Shown: piece after piece, positions 13,268-25,340 of the stretch
Layout of the letters: each line of letters starts with the position of its first letter
How positions within the stretch are numbered: the first letter of the stretch is position 1
Assembly (NCBI RefSeq): GCF_902713615.1
Contig: NC_052155.1
Coordinates: 163,531,828 to 163,595,827 of the forward strand
Direction of reading: 5' to 3'
DNA: 64,000 nucleotides
Source: Scyliorhinus canicula
Lineage: Eukaryota
Made by a program: the position numbers and the translations under genes
Notes under the pieces: model-generated
Databases searched by the model: none
What the model saw: only the letters and a program-made list of their open reading frames with translations
What the model was told of the DNA's origin: nothing

Positions 13268-13490
13268 AAAAAATTAGTTCAGAGTACCCAATTCATTTTT
13301 TTTTCCAATGAAGAGCAATTTGCTGTGGCCAAACCACCTACCCAGCACATATTTTGAGTTGTGGGAGCGAAACCCATGCAAACACAGGGAGAACGTGCAA
13401 GCTCCACATGGACAGTGACCCAGAGCCGGGATCGAACCTGGGACCTCGGCGCTGTGAGACTGCAGTGTTAACGAGTGCACCACCGTGCTG
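13268..13490 (-). mobile_element. HE1-type SINE (short-tail subfamily)
   Basis: tRNA head with A/B boxes, V-core, AATTGGGTACTCT tail. Confidence 0.88.
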
Positions 13491-14139
13491 TCCAGAAAAT
13501 AGTTATTTAATCATTCACCACATGGAATGCCGGTGGGGGTTAATCTCATTTGGATTTTGTGAGGAAAAAGCCGCTGGACCATTTGCTCCAGCTTCCAACT
13601 AGTAAAATACATCTACAGCGGTCCTCATAGAGTCTTGTGGCAGAAGCCAGTCAGCAGAGCTAACTTTCAAAACTGTAGGAAAGCAGTTGGATATCTGCCA
13701 GCCACCCAAATATGGAGCTGAGACATTCATAGTTTAGAGGTCTGTAATGGAGTGTCACGTGAAATTCTATTGGAAAGACTCTCACGGAAACTTTGTTCAG
13801 GGATGGCTGGAACATGGAGGAGAATTAAAGTGAATTCTGAGAGGCTGTGGCATACCTTTGGGTTAGTCTAAAGAAGGGAAAACACCTTCAAGATTGGTGT
13901 TACATGTAAGAAAATTATTGAGGGGAATTAGAATGTAAAACTGCCTTATTAATGAACAGAGTTGTATACTACAATGTTAATATTGTTTAAGTTGTTTAAT
14001 TATTTCTGATATACAATAAAGTTTGTTTTTGTTTAAATATGTGAAAATATATGGTGTAGACCTTAATTGCTGGGTATTTGGGTTTCTTTGTTAAACAATA
14101 ATTGTGCCTAACAGGATTGCAATAATGTGATAGTTGATC

Positions 14140-15130
14140 ATATATAATCCAGCGTGTGAATGTTGCTTACATACAACTCTGTGACTATTGATTAAATGTA
14201 GTTCATTTGCTAAATATTAGTTGCATATGGTATGTTGATAATGTGCAGTTCATATTGTGAATGTTTACTGTATTCACTTCATTTTGTGAATGTTAATTAC
14301 ATGCATTCAATGTATGAATGTTGATTATAAGCTTATTTTCTGTGAATGTTGTTTATGTACTGTTTGATGTCAGACTATTCAAAATCTCCAATTCAATATG
14401 TGAAGGTTCTTTATATGCAGTTCAATTTATTAATGTTGAACATAAACAGTTCACTGAAGCTGGTGATTATACACAGTTCAATCTGAGAACATTGATTCTC
14501 TGAAGTTCATTTTCCAAATAGTGATTCTGTATTGTTCAATATGAGCATGATGGTTGCGTGAAGTTCAAGTTGTGAATATTGATTACATACTGTTCAATAT
14601 GTAAGTGTTAATTATTTATAATTCAATCCGTGAATGTTGAATATGTAGTTTTAATCTGTAAATATCGCCGGTACAATCTGAGAGTGCTTCTTAAAAATTG
14701 CATTTTAAAATTTTTCCAATTGAGCGGCAATTTAGCTAATCCACCTACCTTGCACATCGTTGGGTTGTGGGGGTGAGACCCACACAGACACAGAAGAATG
14801 TGCAAACTCCACACGGCCAGTGACCTGGGGCCTCAGTGCTATAAGGCAGCAGTGCTAACCACTGTGCTACCCTGCCGTCCTTCAATCTGAGAATGTTGAT
14901 TACATACAAAATGTATTTGCAAAATCTTGACTTTGTGCAATTCAGTGCATGAATGTTGGCTGGATATAGTTAAATGAATGAATTTTGATTATATACAGTG
15001 CAATGTATGAACGTTGGTTATGTATAGTTCAAAGCATGAATGTTGAATATATGCAGTTCTTTATGCTAATCTTGACTTCATACAATTCAATGAATAAATG
15101 ATGGCTATAGGTAGTTCAATTTTGATTATG
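14140..15130. repeat. Degenerate AT-rich minisatellite, unit of about 30 bp (TGTGAATGTTGATTATATACAGTTCAAT-like)
   Basis: Recurrent GAATGTT...GTTCAA at about 30-bp spacing. Confidence 0.7.
14710..14878 (-). mobile_element. HE1-type SINE
   Basis: Same head and core. Confidence 0.8.
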
Positions 15131-15242
15131 GAGAGTGTTGTTACACAGAAGGTTGTGTCAGGAAATGAAGATAGTATTAGTAATGCAAAGTTTTATTGTA
15201 TTTGTTCGGAATAAGATGTAGGTTATGTTCAAGTTAATTTTG

Positions 15243-15393
15243 TGTTCGATCCTGGCCCTGGATCACTGTCAGTGTGGAGTTTGCACATTCTCCCTGTGTT
15301 TGCATGGGTCTCACCCCCACCACCCAAAAGATGAGCAGGGTGGTTGAATTGGCCATGCTAAATTGCCCCTTTATTGGAAAAAAAAAGAATTGA
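15243..15393 (+). mobile_element. HE1-type SINE, 5'-truncated, tail split by a MITE
   Basis: V-core; tail resumes near 16027. Confidence 0.8.
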
Positions 15394-16026
15394 GGGCGGG
15401 ATTCTCTCAGCCCTGGGCTGGGCCGGAGAATCCCCGCGACCGGGCAACGCCGCCCCGACCCCGGAACGCGATTCACCACAGAGTGGAGAATCGGTGCCAT
15501 TGGCGCCAGCGTGGATGGCGGGCCGCCAGTTGCTCTACGCGACTGGCCTGCCGATTCCCAGGCCGGGATGGGCCGAAGGGCGCTCGTGGAAACGCTGAGT
15601 CCCACCGGCGACGTCCACACCTGCTCTCAGCCGGTGGGAACTCAGCATGGAAGGGTCGGGTGGTGGTCTGTTTGGAGGGGGGGGTTCCGACCCCATGGGG
15701 TGCCTCCGATGTGGCTGGGGGACTTATTTCCGACGCACCAGCCCCTGGCGTCATGTTGCGTTGGGGCCGGCACGTTGAAGGAAGACACTGCGCATGCGTG
15801 CGTTGGCGCCGGCACCACTGCGCATGTGCGCATTGGCGCCAACGCCACTGCGGATGCGCAGATCCCGCGGCGCCCAGTTCGCACTGGGATTGGCAGCTGG
15901 AGTGGCGTGAACTGCTCCAGCACCGTGTTGACCCCCTGTATGGGCCAGAATTAGTCCCGGGAGCGGCCTGTTCTCGCCGTCATAAAACGCGACGGCGTTT
16001 ACGACGGCGTGGACACTCTGCCGCGG
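15394..16026. mobile_element. Harbinger-type MITE inserted in a SINE tail
   Basis: Left TIR GGGCGGGATTCTC; right end eroded. Confidence 0.7.
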
Positions 16027-16369
16027 GAGTACTCTAAATTTTAAAAAAATAAGTTAATTTTGTATTTCTATATTTGTGTGCTAAGGGAGGTTTCAAACTT
16101 CAGTTTTAGCTTCATGATAAACAAAATGTACCTGCTCATTTGTATGTGCATTTATGTGTGCATTGTAATGAGGTTTTATGATGTTAAAACAAACACTGGG
16201 TTTAAAAAAGCTAAACTGTTGCTTAACAATCAAGGGCCCACACAGAAAAACAGAAGCAGTTAGTGCAACTGAAAGAAAGTTACCCAGGAATAAGCAGCTT
16301 CCCCAGAAACTGCTTGAATAGGCCGAACAATACATAGGGACAGAAAGCCAGATATCTTCTCAAGAACAG

Positions 16370-16873
16370 GGGCCGGGTCATGCCGGAAATTCCCACCAAG
16401 CCTATCCGACGCTGGAACGCGATTCTCTGGTGACCAGAGAATCAGCGCCACTCGCGCGTGCGCGGTCGACGCGGCATCGGTCGGGGGCAGTTGACAACAG
16501 CCCCGCGGAGATTCTCCGCGATTGACCGGCCGAGTTCCGCAGGTGTGGTTCCAACCTGGTACGATCTGGAGGTGGCCTACCTCCTTCCCACGGGCCCACT
16601 GTGTGGCTCCACCATGTTGCACGGTGCCGGCGCAGAAATGGCCACCACGTGCATGCGACGGCATGGAAACGGCCATCACACGCATGCGCAGATCCGTGCC
16701 GGCAGTGCAGGGCTGCATATCGGCGCCAGAAATACATGCAGCACTCCGGCACCGTGCTGGCCCTCTGCTGGTCATTGGATCGCTAAACCAAGAGGCCCGT
16801 TGATGCCGGCGTGAAACATGGCAGTGTTTACGCCGGCGTCAACACTTAACCGGGATTTTGGAGAATCCCGGCC
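16370..16873. mobile_element. Harbinger-type MITE
   Basis: GGGCCGGG... GGAGAATCCCGGCC termini, GC-rich interior. Confidence 0.7.
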
Positions 16874-17724
16874 AGAATTTCTCAGAAACAAGGAGATGGG
16901 ACAGAAGAGAGTTTTAGGAAGGCTGTGAAGATAAAGGAACAAAGAACACTAATCGGGAAAAGGGATTCTGTTCAGTGAAGTGAAGAGCAGAGAGGCTAAA
17001 AGTTACAGTCGGGGCTGCCCGGTGCAAACCTGGGGACATCGGACTTTGAGAAGCCAGATATACAAGGTGATCCAAATTCGGTGACACTTTAAGACAGCCC
17101 ATGACACAGTGGTGTTCTGTTTACATGACTGGATATCTGAGAGGTTGTGTTGAAGCTTGAATGCACTTGGTGATCCAGAGGAATACCGGAAAGGAGACAT
17201 GTGGGTCCTTGGTGAAGGCATCTGAGAGGAAGCATTATTCGGGAGAAGATTCCAAGGTGTGGTCTTCGAGAGCAGAGTTTGGAAGCTCTTGTGTGAAAGT
17301 CAGAGTTCCAGTGAGACCAGTTGGTTCACAATGTGACGAGTGTGTGGGGGGAATTGATGAGAAAGCCATAAAACTTGTGTTAGGTGGCAATAGTTTCGGA
17401 GTATGGTGTGCAAGACCACAGTTGGCCTATTGATTTACATGGACTGTGTACTTACAGAGTCTAAGTTAGATGTTCTAACTTGTGTTATCCCTATTAAACC
17501 TATATCTATCTGTAAGGGTATAGGTGGGTGGAAGGAGTCATGTATTACAGTCAATCTTGTATTGTTTAATGAATGTTCTGTTCATTTGTTCAATGTTCAT
17601 CAGCAGTCCTGGGACGCTGTTCAACCTTGTATCTAAACAAAAAATAAATAAAGCTAAAATCTATCTAGCTGGGTTCCATGCTGGGATCTGACTAGTATAC
17701 TAGCAGCATCACCTGGGATCATAA

Positions 17725-18430
17725 CACTTGATGAGGGCAATGTTATTGATGTGGTGCACATGGGTTACCAAATGGTGTTCCAGCACTGCACAATACAGGT
17801 TTGGCTGAGTAGCCGGATACAGAGAGTAATGATTAATGTATGTTTTTGGGCTGGAGGAGAAGGACGTTATGTTAAACTTGTAAAAGTCACTAGTTTGGCC
17901 TCAGCTGGAGTTCCCCAGCGGTGCATTTCAGGAAGGGAGTGAAGGCAATGTAAATGTTGCCGCAGTCCAAGAGGACCAAAAAGCTGCTCTTCCCCTTTGA
18001 GAGAGAGCTGACTGGTGGCAACTTAACCTGTGGGTCACCACACCTCAGGCGAGGGGCAAGGTTGATACGGGAATTAAAATTCACGCTCTGCATCACGAAC
18101 CAGTCGTCCAGCCAACTGAACTATGAGAGAGGGGGCAGAAACAATTCACAAGAATCTTTCTAGGGCTAAGGGACTTCAGATATGAAGATAGATTGGAGAA
18201 GTTAGGTCTGTTCTCTTTCGAGAAAAGAAGGCCGAGAAGAGATTTGATAGAGGTATTCAAAATCATGAGGGGTCTGGACAGAATAGATAGGAAGAAACTC
18301 TTCTGACTCGTGAGAGGATCAGGCATGAGAAGGGCAAAGATTTAAAGTAATTCGGGAAAGAAGCAACGGTGATATGGGAAAAATCTGTTGCATGCAGTCA
18401 GTGGTTAGGGTCGGGAATGCGCTTCCTGAG
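17725..18430 (+). mobile_element. Old CR1 fragments with a nested SINE-like insert (about 17940-18120, -)
   Basis: Degenerate RFTRIFLGL..YEDRLEKLGLFS..RRDLIEVFKIM. Confidence 0.65.
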
Positions 18431-18899
18431 AGCATTGGCGGATTTACAGTTGGTGGGGCGCTGTGCTCAGCTTCATTTTTGGGGGGCCCCTCCCCAGGAA
18501 AGCTAAAGTGAAGAACATTCACAAATTGATCAGAGCTTCTTCACTTGTAAAAGAAATGTCTGTCTGAAAATTGCCTTGTTGAAATCCAAGCTTACCTCTT
18601 GCCTGAATGATGGTAACGATGGTTAATATTGGGACGTGAGCTGCGCAAACGTGGAACTTCCTGTTACTGTATGTAATTAACCAACACCATTCAGTATGTG
18701 TCTTTTCTTTGGTTTATTTCCTGAACGTGATCCCCTCAAACCCACTCACTTAATATGATCCCCTCCAATCTGCTCACAGATTGGATCAAGTGGATTCCTC
18801 CTCTTGCTTTCATCAAATCCTTTTGGGCCAGCTTTCTCAACAATCGCAATTTACACTAAGTAATCTCTTTAAGCACAATTGGTGGATTTCACCGTTTCA

Positions 18900-20930
18900 G
18901 AAACTAAGTGTTGATGCAGGTACTGAATCGGTGGAATTCTACGACAAATAAATTGGCACCGTTCCTGGAAGACTTCAGGGTCCGTTCCTGGGCTGGCACC
19001 AATGCCACATGGAACACGATAAATTCCAATGAAAAACGGTTTCCGATTACATCGGGGTCGGGATGGCCACTCGAGAGGCTGACAAGCTGCAGCCGCATAT
19101 TAGCACTCCACTCCCCACACACACTCATCCCAGCCAACAAGATGGCAGTATAGGAGTGCAGCACTCCGGTTTGCAGACCGAGTTGGAGACCCAACTGGAT
19201 GCCGTGGTGGAGAGGAAGACCACCCTATTTGCCAGGGTTTGAAGGACGTTGCTACCTGTTGCCGTACACCGGGCCTGAGCTCAGGTGGCAGTGCCCATGA
19301 GCACCGTGGACCCTACCGCAAAGACCGGACAGCAGTGCTGGACCTCCTCAGGCAGCCTGGATGAGTGGGCACCAAACCCTGTCAACAAACACCCATAACA
19401 CACCCTCCACCCGGAATGCAACTGAACCCCACCCACCGGCAGTGTGCTCACTCCCCACCCTCTAGCACATGCCAACACCAATACTGGGGATGGAGAGCAT
19501 TAATGGGTCATTCACCGAGTAGGCCATACCACATGGCACTCCCACATCTCTTGCCCAGTCTCCTGCCTCCTCCGAGGGGGTAGCCCAGACTGTCCTGAGC
19601 GTCCTGGCCCATGCCATCCTCCACTACCCGCACATCTGATCACCAGACTCCCACAAGCCCTCCCCACCCAGCAAACTCTCTTCACCCAGCCCATCACTCA
19701 CACTCCTTGGATGGAGGATGCGGTCATTTGGAAAGTCTGTAAACAGGTGTTTATTGGCGACAGTGTTAGTGCCAATGTATGTGCCCTCACCCCAAACGCT
19801 ATCCTATGCGTTGCAGCTGTGCCAACTTAACTGGTGTCTACTTTTCTAATCTTACATGTCCTAACGCACCATCTGGGTGGGTCCCCAGGTGCTGCATCAG
19901 ATATGGAGGTGGCTTGCTGCATATCTAGCCCTGTGACCTGGGTCCCCTTTGGTGGGCGTTCTCAGGAGCAACCAGGCCTGGATGGGCCTGGCAGTTTTCT
20001 GGTTGTCACAGGTGGCTTGGTGCCACCCTATTCTGCCCACTGCCCATCGGATGCGGCAGGGACAGATGGGGGCGATTCAGCGGTACTGCGGTGTTCCTGC
20101 CCCTTCCCTGCGGGAGTCACCGGCACTGGCCCCATCACCTACTCCTCCCTTAGGGTGCCCGATGGCCCTGCGATGCTCCTCAGGGTGAGGGCGTGGCCAG
20201 AGCGAGCTCAGGGGGTTCGCCATCACCTGCTGCACCAGTCTTTGAGGCCCACTCTCGTGTCGAACAGGGTCTCAATACTCATGGCCATAGAGCACAGAGA
20301 CTGTGCCACGCCCCTCTGGGAGTGTGCCGCATCACTCAGTGACTGTGCCACGTCCCTCTGTGATTGGCTCAGGTCAGCTAGCGCCAGGCCAATGCACTCG
20401 ACGCCTGCAGACATGGCCCCCTGTGACTGTGCCATGCTCTGGAGCGCCGCAGCAATTTCCATGTGGCCCTGGTACATGGCTGCCTGTGACATGACCGCCC
20501 TGTCCTACACCTCAACTACCGCCCACACACGGTGCCCGGGTCCTTGGACATCCTGCCCCATGACCGTAACCCTTGCACCCAAGACCTCCAACGCGGACGC
20601 CACCCGTGTGGTATTGGCCTGAATGGAACGCATTGTTGGCACTGCCTCCTGCTGCTGCAGAATTTGAACACCTCCAACTGCCTCCACAGGTGCTGGATTA
20701 TTGCTGGCACTTCTCATTTCATCCCAGCTCTGCATCTGTATCTCCAACATTGATGTGACTGCCCTTTCCAGAAGGATGCAACCTCTCTGAATAGCAGCTA
20801 ATCCCTGGGGTTGGGCTGGCCTGCCAACTGACCATCAGCCCCCTCGGGGGTCCATGCCTCCACCTGATGAACCATAGCATGTGTGTCGTGCGCATCAGAT
20901 GGTGCCCCATGAGCCTTTTGTGGGGGGGGA
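18900..20930. mobile_element. Harbinger relics: Myb exon 1 (+, about 19142-19365) and Myb C-terminal exon (-, about 19740-20930)
   Basis: ELETQLDAVVERKTTLF...KTGQQC..DLLR on +; IAAALQSMAQSQ...SIETLFDT..GLKDW on -, homologous to the 53133-53400 region. Confidence 0.7.
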
Positions 20931-20934
20931 GGAT

Positions 20935-21360
20935 CTTCATTCACAATGTTTTGGCTGGTGGTAACAAATTCCACAGGCTTACCACTCTCTGGGTGGAATT
21001 GATTTCTCCTCATCTCTGTCCTAAATGGTCTACCCTGTATTCTCAGACTGTGATCCCTGGTTCTTGGCACCTCCACCATCGGAAACATCCTTCTTGCATC
21101 TACCCTGTCTAGTCATGTTAGAATTTTATAGGTTTCTATGCGATCCCCCCTCATTCTACTAAATCCCAGTGAATACAATCCTAACCAACTCAATTTCTCC
21201 TCATACGTCTGTCCTGCCATCCCAGGAATCAGTCTGGTAAACCTTTGCTGCACTCTCTCCAGAGCAAGAACATTCTTCTCAGATAAGGAGACCAAAACTA
21301 CACACAATATTCCAGGTATGGCCTCACCAAGGCCCTGAAGAATTGCATCAAGATATCCCT
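20935..21360 (-). mobile_element. CR1 LINE fragment
   Basis: LALERVQQRFTRLIPGM..YEEKL..LGLYSL...RGDRIETYKIL. Confidence 0.85.
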
Positions 21361-21519
21361 ACTCTAATCCTCTTGATTTGAGTATAAACTTGTCTCAAAA
21401 CGATTTGTTTCCTGAGACAGCTACACAGGTAAGTTTAGGATCCACAGCTAGTCAAGAAATATTTAAAATTCCCTCACAGACTTATTACGGGGGTTGACTT
21501 ATTATCATCGCCTACCCCA

Positions 21520-21810
21520 CAAGTCTCTGTATTTGACAAATAATTCTCTGCCATTCGTGCCACCTCTACCACACGTCTATCAGCAAACACATTTTCCCTT
21601 CACTTCCTTTCAGCATTCCAAAGTCACCATTCCTACCATGACACCCTGGTCCACTGCACCATTACCTCTCAAACCTGTTCCTTTCCAATTTGACTGAAGG
21701 TGATGCAATCCCTGACCTGTGACCTCCTGCCGTTCCACCTTTAAGGGCCCTAAACACCTTCTGGGTGAGCCAGAGATTTATTCCCTACCCAGAATACTGT
21801 GCTCGCTGAG
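21520..21810 (+). mobile_element. Penelope-like element fragment (linker before the GIY-YIG domain)
   Basis: Degenerate I(I)L(R)HF..PSL(P)SAF..HS..DTLVH...GPKHTF-like sequence. Penelope-like terminal pieces also at about 10965-11070 and 44400-44465. Confidence 0.5.
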
Positions 21811-22173
21811 AATGGGCAGAACTAAATTTGTGGAAGAGCTTGACTTCCAGGCAGAGGACAGGTCCAGATTCTAATTACTTTAGCCAGTTTGCTGTACAAT
21901 CCATATAGTTACAGATATTTACCGGCTGTATCCATCATTTCTTTGAAATAAGGATCTGATACCGCAGTGACTTTTGCTCGCCTCTTACGGTTACTCAAGC
22001 CAAAGCTAACCTTTGATTTTACTTCATTTTCGATGTGTGAAAGCTTAAATGTCACGCCAAATGTTCCCGCCCAAGCATCCAGCCCTTGAGTACCCTCAGC
22101 TAGAGTACAGGGCAGGAGCGCAGAACAGTGGAAGTCAAGATTTCACACAGAAAATAATCAAATGGGGTCACAC

Positions 22174-22488
22174 GGGTGCCACGGTGGTACAGTGATACTG
22201 CCTCACAGCACCAGGGACTTGTGCTCAATTTCAGCCTCGGGTGACTGTGTGGAGTTTGTACTTTCTCCCGGTGTCTGCGTGGGTTTCCTCCGAGTGCTCC
22301 GTTTTCTTCCCATAGTCCAAAGATGTGCAGGTTAGCTGCATTGGCCGTTCTAAAATTGCCCCGAAGTGTCCAACGGTTAGGTAGGGTTCTGGGGGACAGG
22401 ACCTGGGTAAGGTGTTCTTTCAGAGGATCGGTGCAGACTCGATGGGCCAAATGGCCTCCATCTGCATTGTAGGGATTCTATGATTCTA
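22174..22488 (+). mobile_element. HE1-type SINE, full length
   Basis: Head, core and CR1-like tail ending GGGATTCTATGATTCT. Confidence 0.9.
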
Positions 22489-22499
22489 CAAGTTCGGAG

Positions 22500-23700
22500 A
22501 GCTGTTTCACTTTCCAACAAAGAACAATACAGCCCTCCAAGTCTACGCTGATGCCTGTTGAAACTAAAACCTTCTGCACTTGCGGGGTCAGAACCGTTCT
22601 ATTCCTATCTTATTAACGTATTTGTCAAGGTGCCTCTGAAACATCACTATCGTATCTGCTTCTACCACCTCCTCTGGCAGCAACTTCCAGGCTCCCACTA
22701 CCTTCTGTGTAAGAGACTTGCCTCGCACATCTTCTCTAAACTCTGCCCCTTTTCCTTAAACCTATGTCCCCGAGTAAAAGGGGAAAAAGCATCTGACTAT
22801 CCACTCTGTCAATGCACTCATAATTTTGTAAACCTCTATCAATTTGCCCCTTAACCTCTGTCACTCCAGTGAAAACAGTAAAATCTGAGTTTGTCCAACC
22901 TCTCCTCATAGTAATAGGGCAGGATTCTCCGTCCCCCCCGCCGGGTCGGAGAATCGCCGGGGGGCGGCGTGAATCCCGCCCATACCAGCCACCGAATTCT
23001 CTGGCACCAGAGATTTGGCGGGGGCGGGAATCGCGCCGCGCCAGCCGGCGGCCACTCGCAGCGGCCTCCCCGGCGATTCTCCGTCCCACGATGGGCCGAA
23101 GTCCCGCTGGTTCTATGCTAGTCCCGCCGGCATGGATCAGACTAGGTCCCTTACCGGCGGGAGCTGGTGGCGCAGGCGGGCTCCGGGATTCTAGGGGGGG
23201 CGCGGGCCGATCTGGCCCCAGGGGGTGCTCCCACGGTGGCCTGGCCCACGGTCGGGGTTCACTGATCCACGGGGGGGGCCTGTGCCTGGGGGCACTCTTT
23301 TCCTACGCGTCGGCCATGTCAGCCTCCGCGATGGCCGACGCATAGGTGAAACCCCCCCCCGCACATGCGTGATGATGACGTCAGCAGCCGCTGACGCTCC
23401 CGCGCATGTGCAGACTCGCGCCGGCCGGCGGAGTCCCTTCGGCCCCGGCTGGTGTGGCGCCAAAGGCCTTCCACGCCGGCTGGTGGGGCACAAACTACTC
23501 CAGCGCCGGCCTAGCCCCTGAAGGTGCGGAGGATTCCGCCCTTTTGGGGCGGGCCGAAGCTGGAGTGGTTAACGCCACTCCGCCCCACCGGGTACGGGAG
23601 AATCCCGCCCAAAGTCTCCAAACCAGACAACATCCTGGTAAACCTCTTCTGTACCCTCTCCAAAGCATCCGCATCCTTCTGGCAACCAAAATTGTACACA
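22500..23700 (-). mobile_element. CR1 LINE 3' fragment (split by the MITE at 22917-23610)
   Basis: DALERVQKRFTRML..LE and CR1 3' region. Confidence 0.75.
22917..23610. mobile_element. Harbinger-type MITE splitting a CR1 3' fragment
   Basis: TIR GGGCAGGATTCTCC / GGAGAATCCCGCCC. Confidence 0.85.
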
Positions 23701-23704
23701 ATAC

Positions 23705-23973
23705 CGGAAAGAGCACCCTACACCTCCATCCTATCCCCGCAATCCAGTAACCCCACCTAACGTTTTTGGACATTAAGGGCAATTTAGCATAGCCAATCCA
23801 CCTAACCTGCACATCTTTGGACTGTGGGAGGAAACCGGAGCACCCGGAGGAAACCCTTGCAGACACGGGAGAACATTCAGACTCTGCACAGACAGTGACC
23901 CAAGCCGGGAATCGAACCTGGAACCCTGGAGCTGTGAAGCAACAGTGCTAACCACTGTGCTACCGTGCTGCCC
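23705..23973 (-). mobile_element. HE1-type SINE
   Basis: GGGCAGCACGGTAGCACAGTGGTTAGC head on the minus strand. Confidence 0.9.
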
Positions 23974-24609
23974 ACTGTGTGAACCTATTCAGCCAATCAC
24001 AGGCTGATACCTGCCTGGAGCCTATCAGCAGCAGAGACAGTGTGGTATCAGCCTGTGATTGGCTGACTAGCTTCACTGCATTTTTCAAGACAGCAACGTC
24101 ATTAGTGAGAACCTGGAATGTGGGTTTAAATTGGCACTCAGAGACATTGCGTTCTTTTGCCGAAACCTTGCAATTGGGTTCAGGGGAAGGATATTCTCTT
24201 TGGATCCAGGAATTGACAGGAATTTGAAACTCATTCATTTTGGCTTGTTAATTCCAGATTTTTATTGAATTCAAATTCCACCATCTTGAAATGAAAAATG
24301 AAAATCGCTTATTGTCACGAGTTGGCTTCAATGAAGTTACTGTGAAAAGCCCCTAGTCGCCACATTCCGGCACCTGTCCGGGGAGGCTGGTACGGGAGGG
24401 ATTCAAAACCTCGGCCCCTGGGTATTACCCTGGGTCTCTGGATTAATGGTCCAAATGACAATATCACCATGCCACCACCTTCCACTGGGAGGGGGGAGCA
24501 GTGGATGTGCAGGGTTACGGAGAGATGATGGGAGAATTAAACCCTGCAGGCCCTTTGCTCAAATGACCTCCTCTGCACCGTTACAATTTTGTGATTCTGT
24601 GATATACGC

Positions 24610-25340
24610 CGCAAAGTGTGAACGTTGGTTACACAGAGTTCAATGTGTAAATATTTACAATATAAAGTTCACCGTTGAAATCATGTTGGATTCAAATCCA
24701 TCTGTGAAAATTGCTTACAGACTGTAAACTTTGTGCGAACTGATCATGCACAATTCAGTGCATGAACGCTGATTAGAGAGAGTTCATTTGTGAATGTTAT
24801 TCATGTGTCGGATTAACCAGTGATTTTTAATGCTGCTCAAGCTTCAAATATTGTTTGTGTACAGTGTAATACGATTTTTGAATATCTACAAGCCAATGCG
24901 TGAATGCCGATTAGACACTGTCCAATTTTGAATGTTTTGCTATTCACTGTTCAATACGTGAATGATGTGCAAGCGGTTCCTCATATGAACATTTTTTTTC
25001 TGCAGTTGAATGGGTGAATGTTGATTCTCTACAGTTCAGTGTGTGATGTTGACTGTCTGCAACTCAATTTCTCAATGCTCTTTATGTACCATTTAATGTG
25101 TGAATGATGTTGCACGTTTCCCGATATGAAAGCTGCCCATGAACAGCTCAGTCGAGCTGATTTTGTGCTTCCTGCAGGGAATCACCTAAATGGAGAACAA
25201 ATTGTAAAGCTGTGCTTCAAACGTTCCTATTGGTTCATTTTAATGAAGGTAAATCATGGGCTGTCTGCCTGTGGATATCTAAGATATGTTCTTGTTGGTG
25301 GTTCAGAAACACAGATTTAGCTCAATCGCGTGAATGTTAA
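24610..25340. repeat. Second block of the same ~30-bp minisatellite
   Basis: Same GAATGTT...GTTCA periodicity. Confidence 0.65.

Noticed and set aside
15139-17725. Large solo LTR ending GGATCATAACA
   Set aside because: The 3' end is LTR-like, but I could not define a 5' boundary or TSD, so it is left unannotated.
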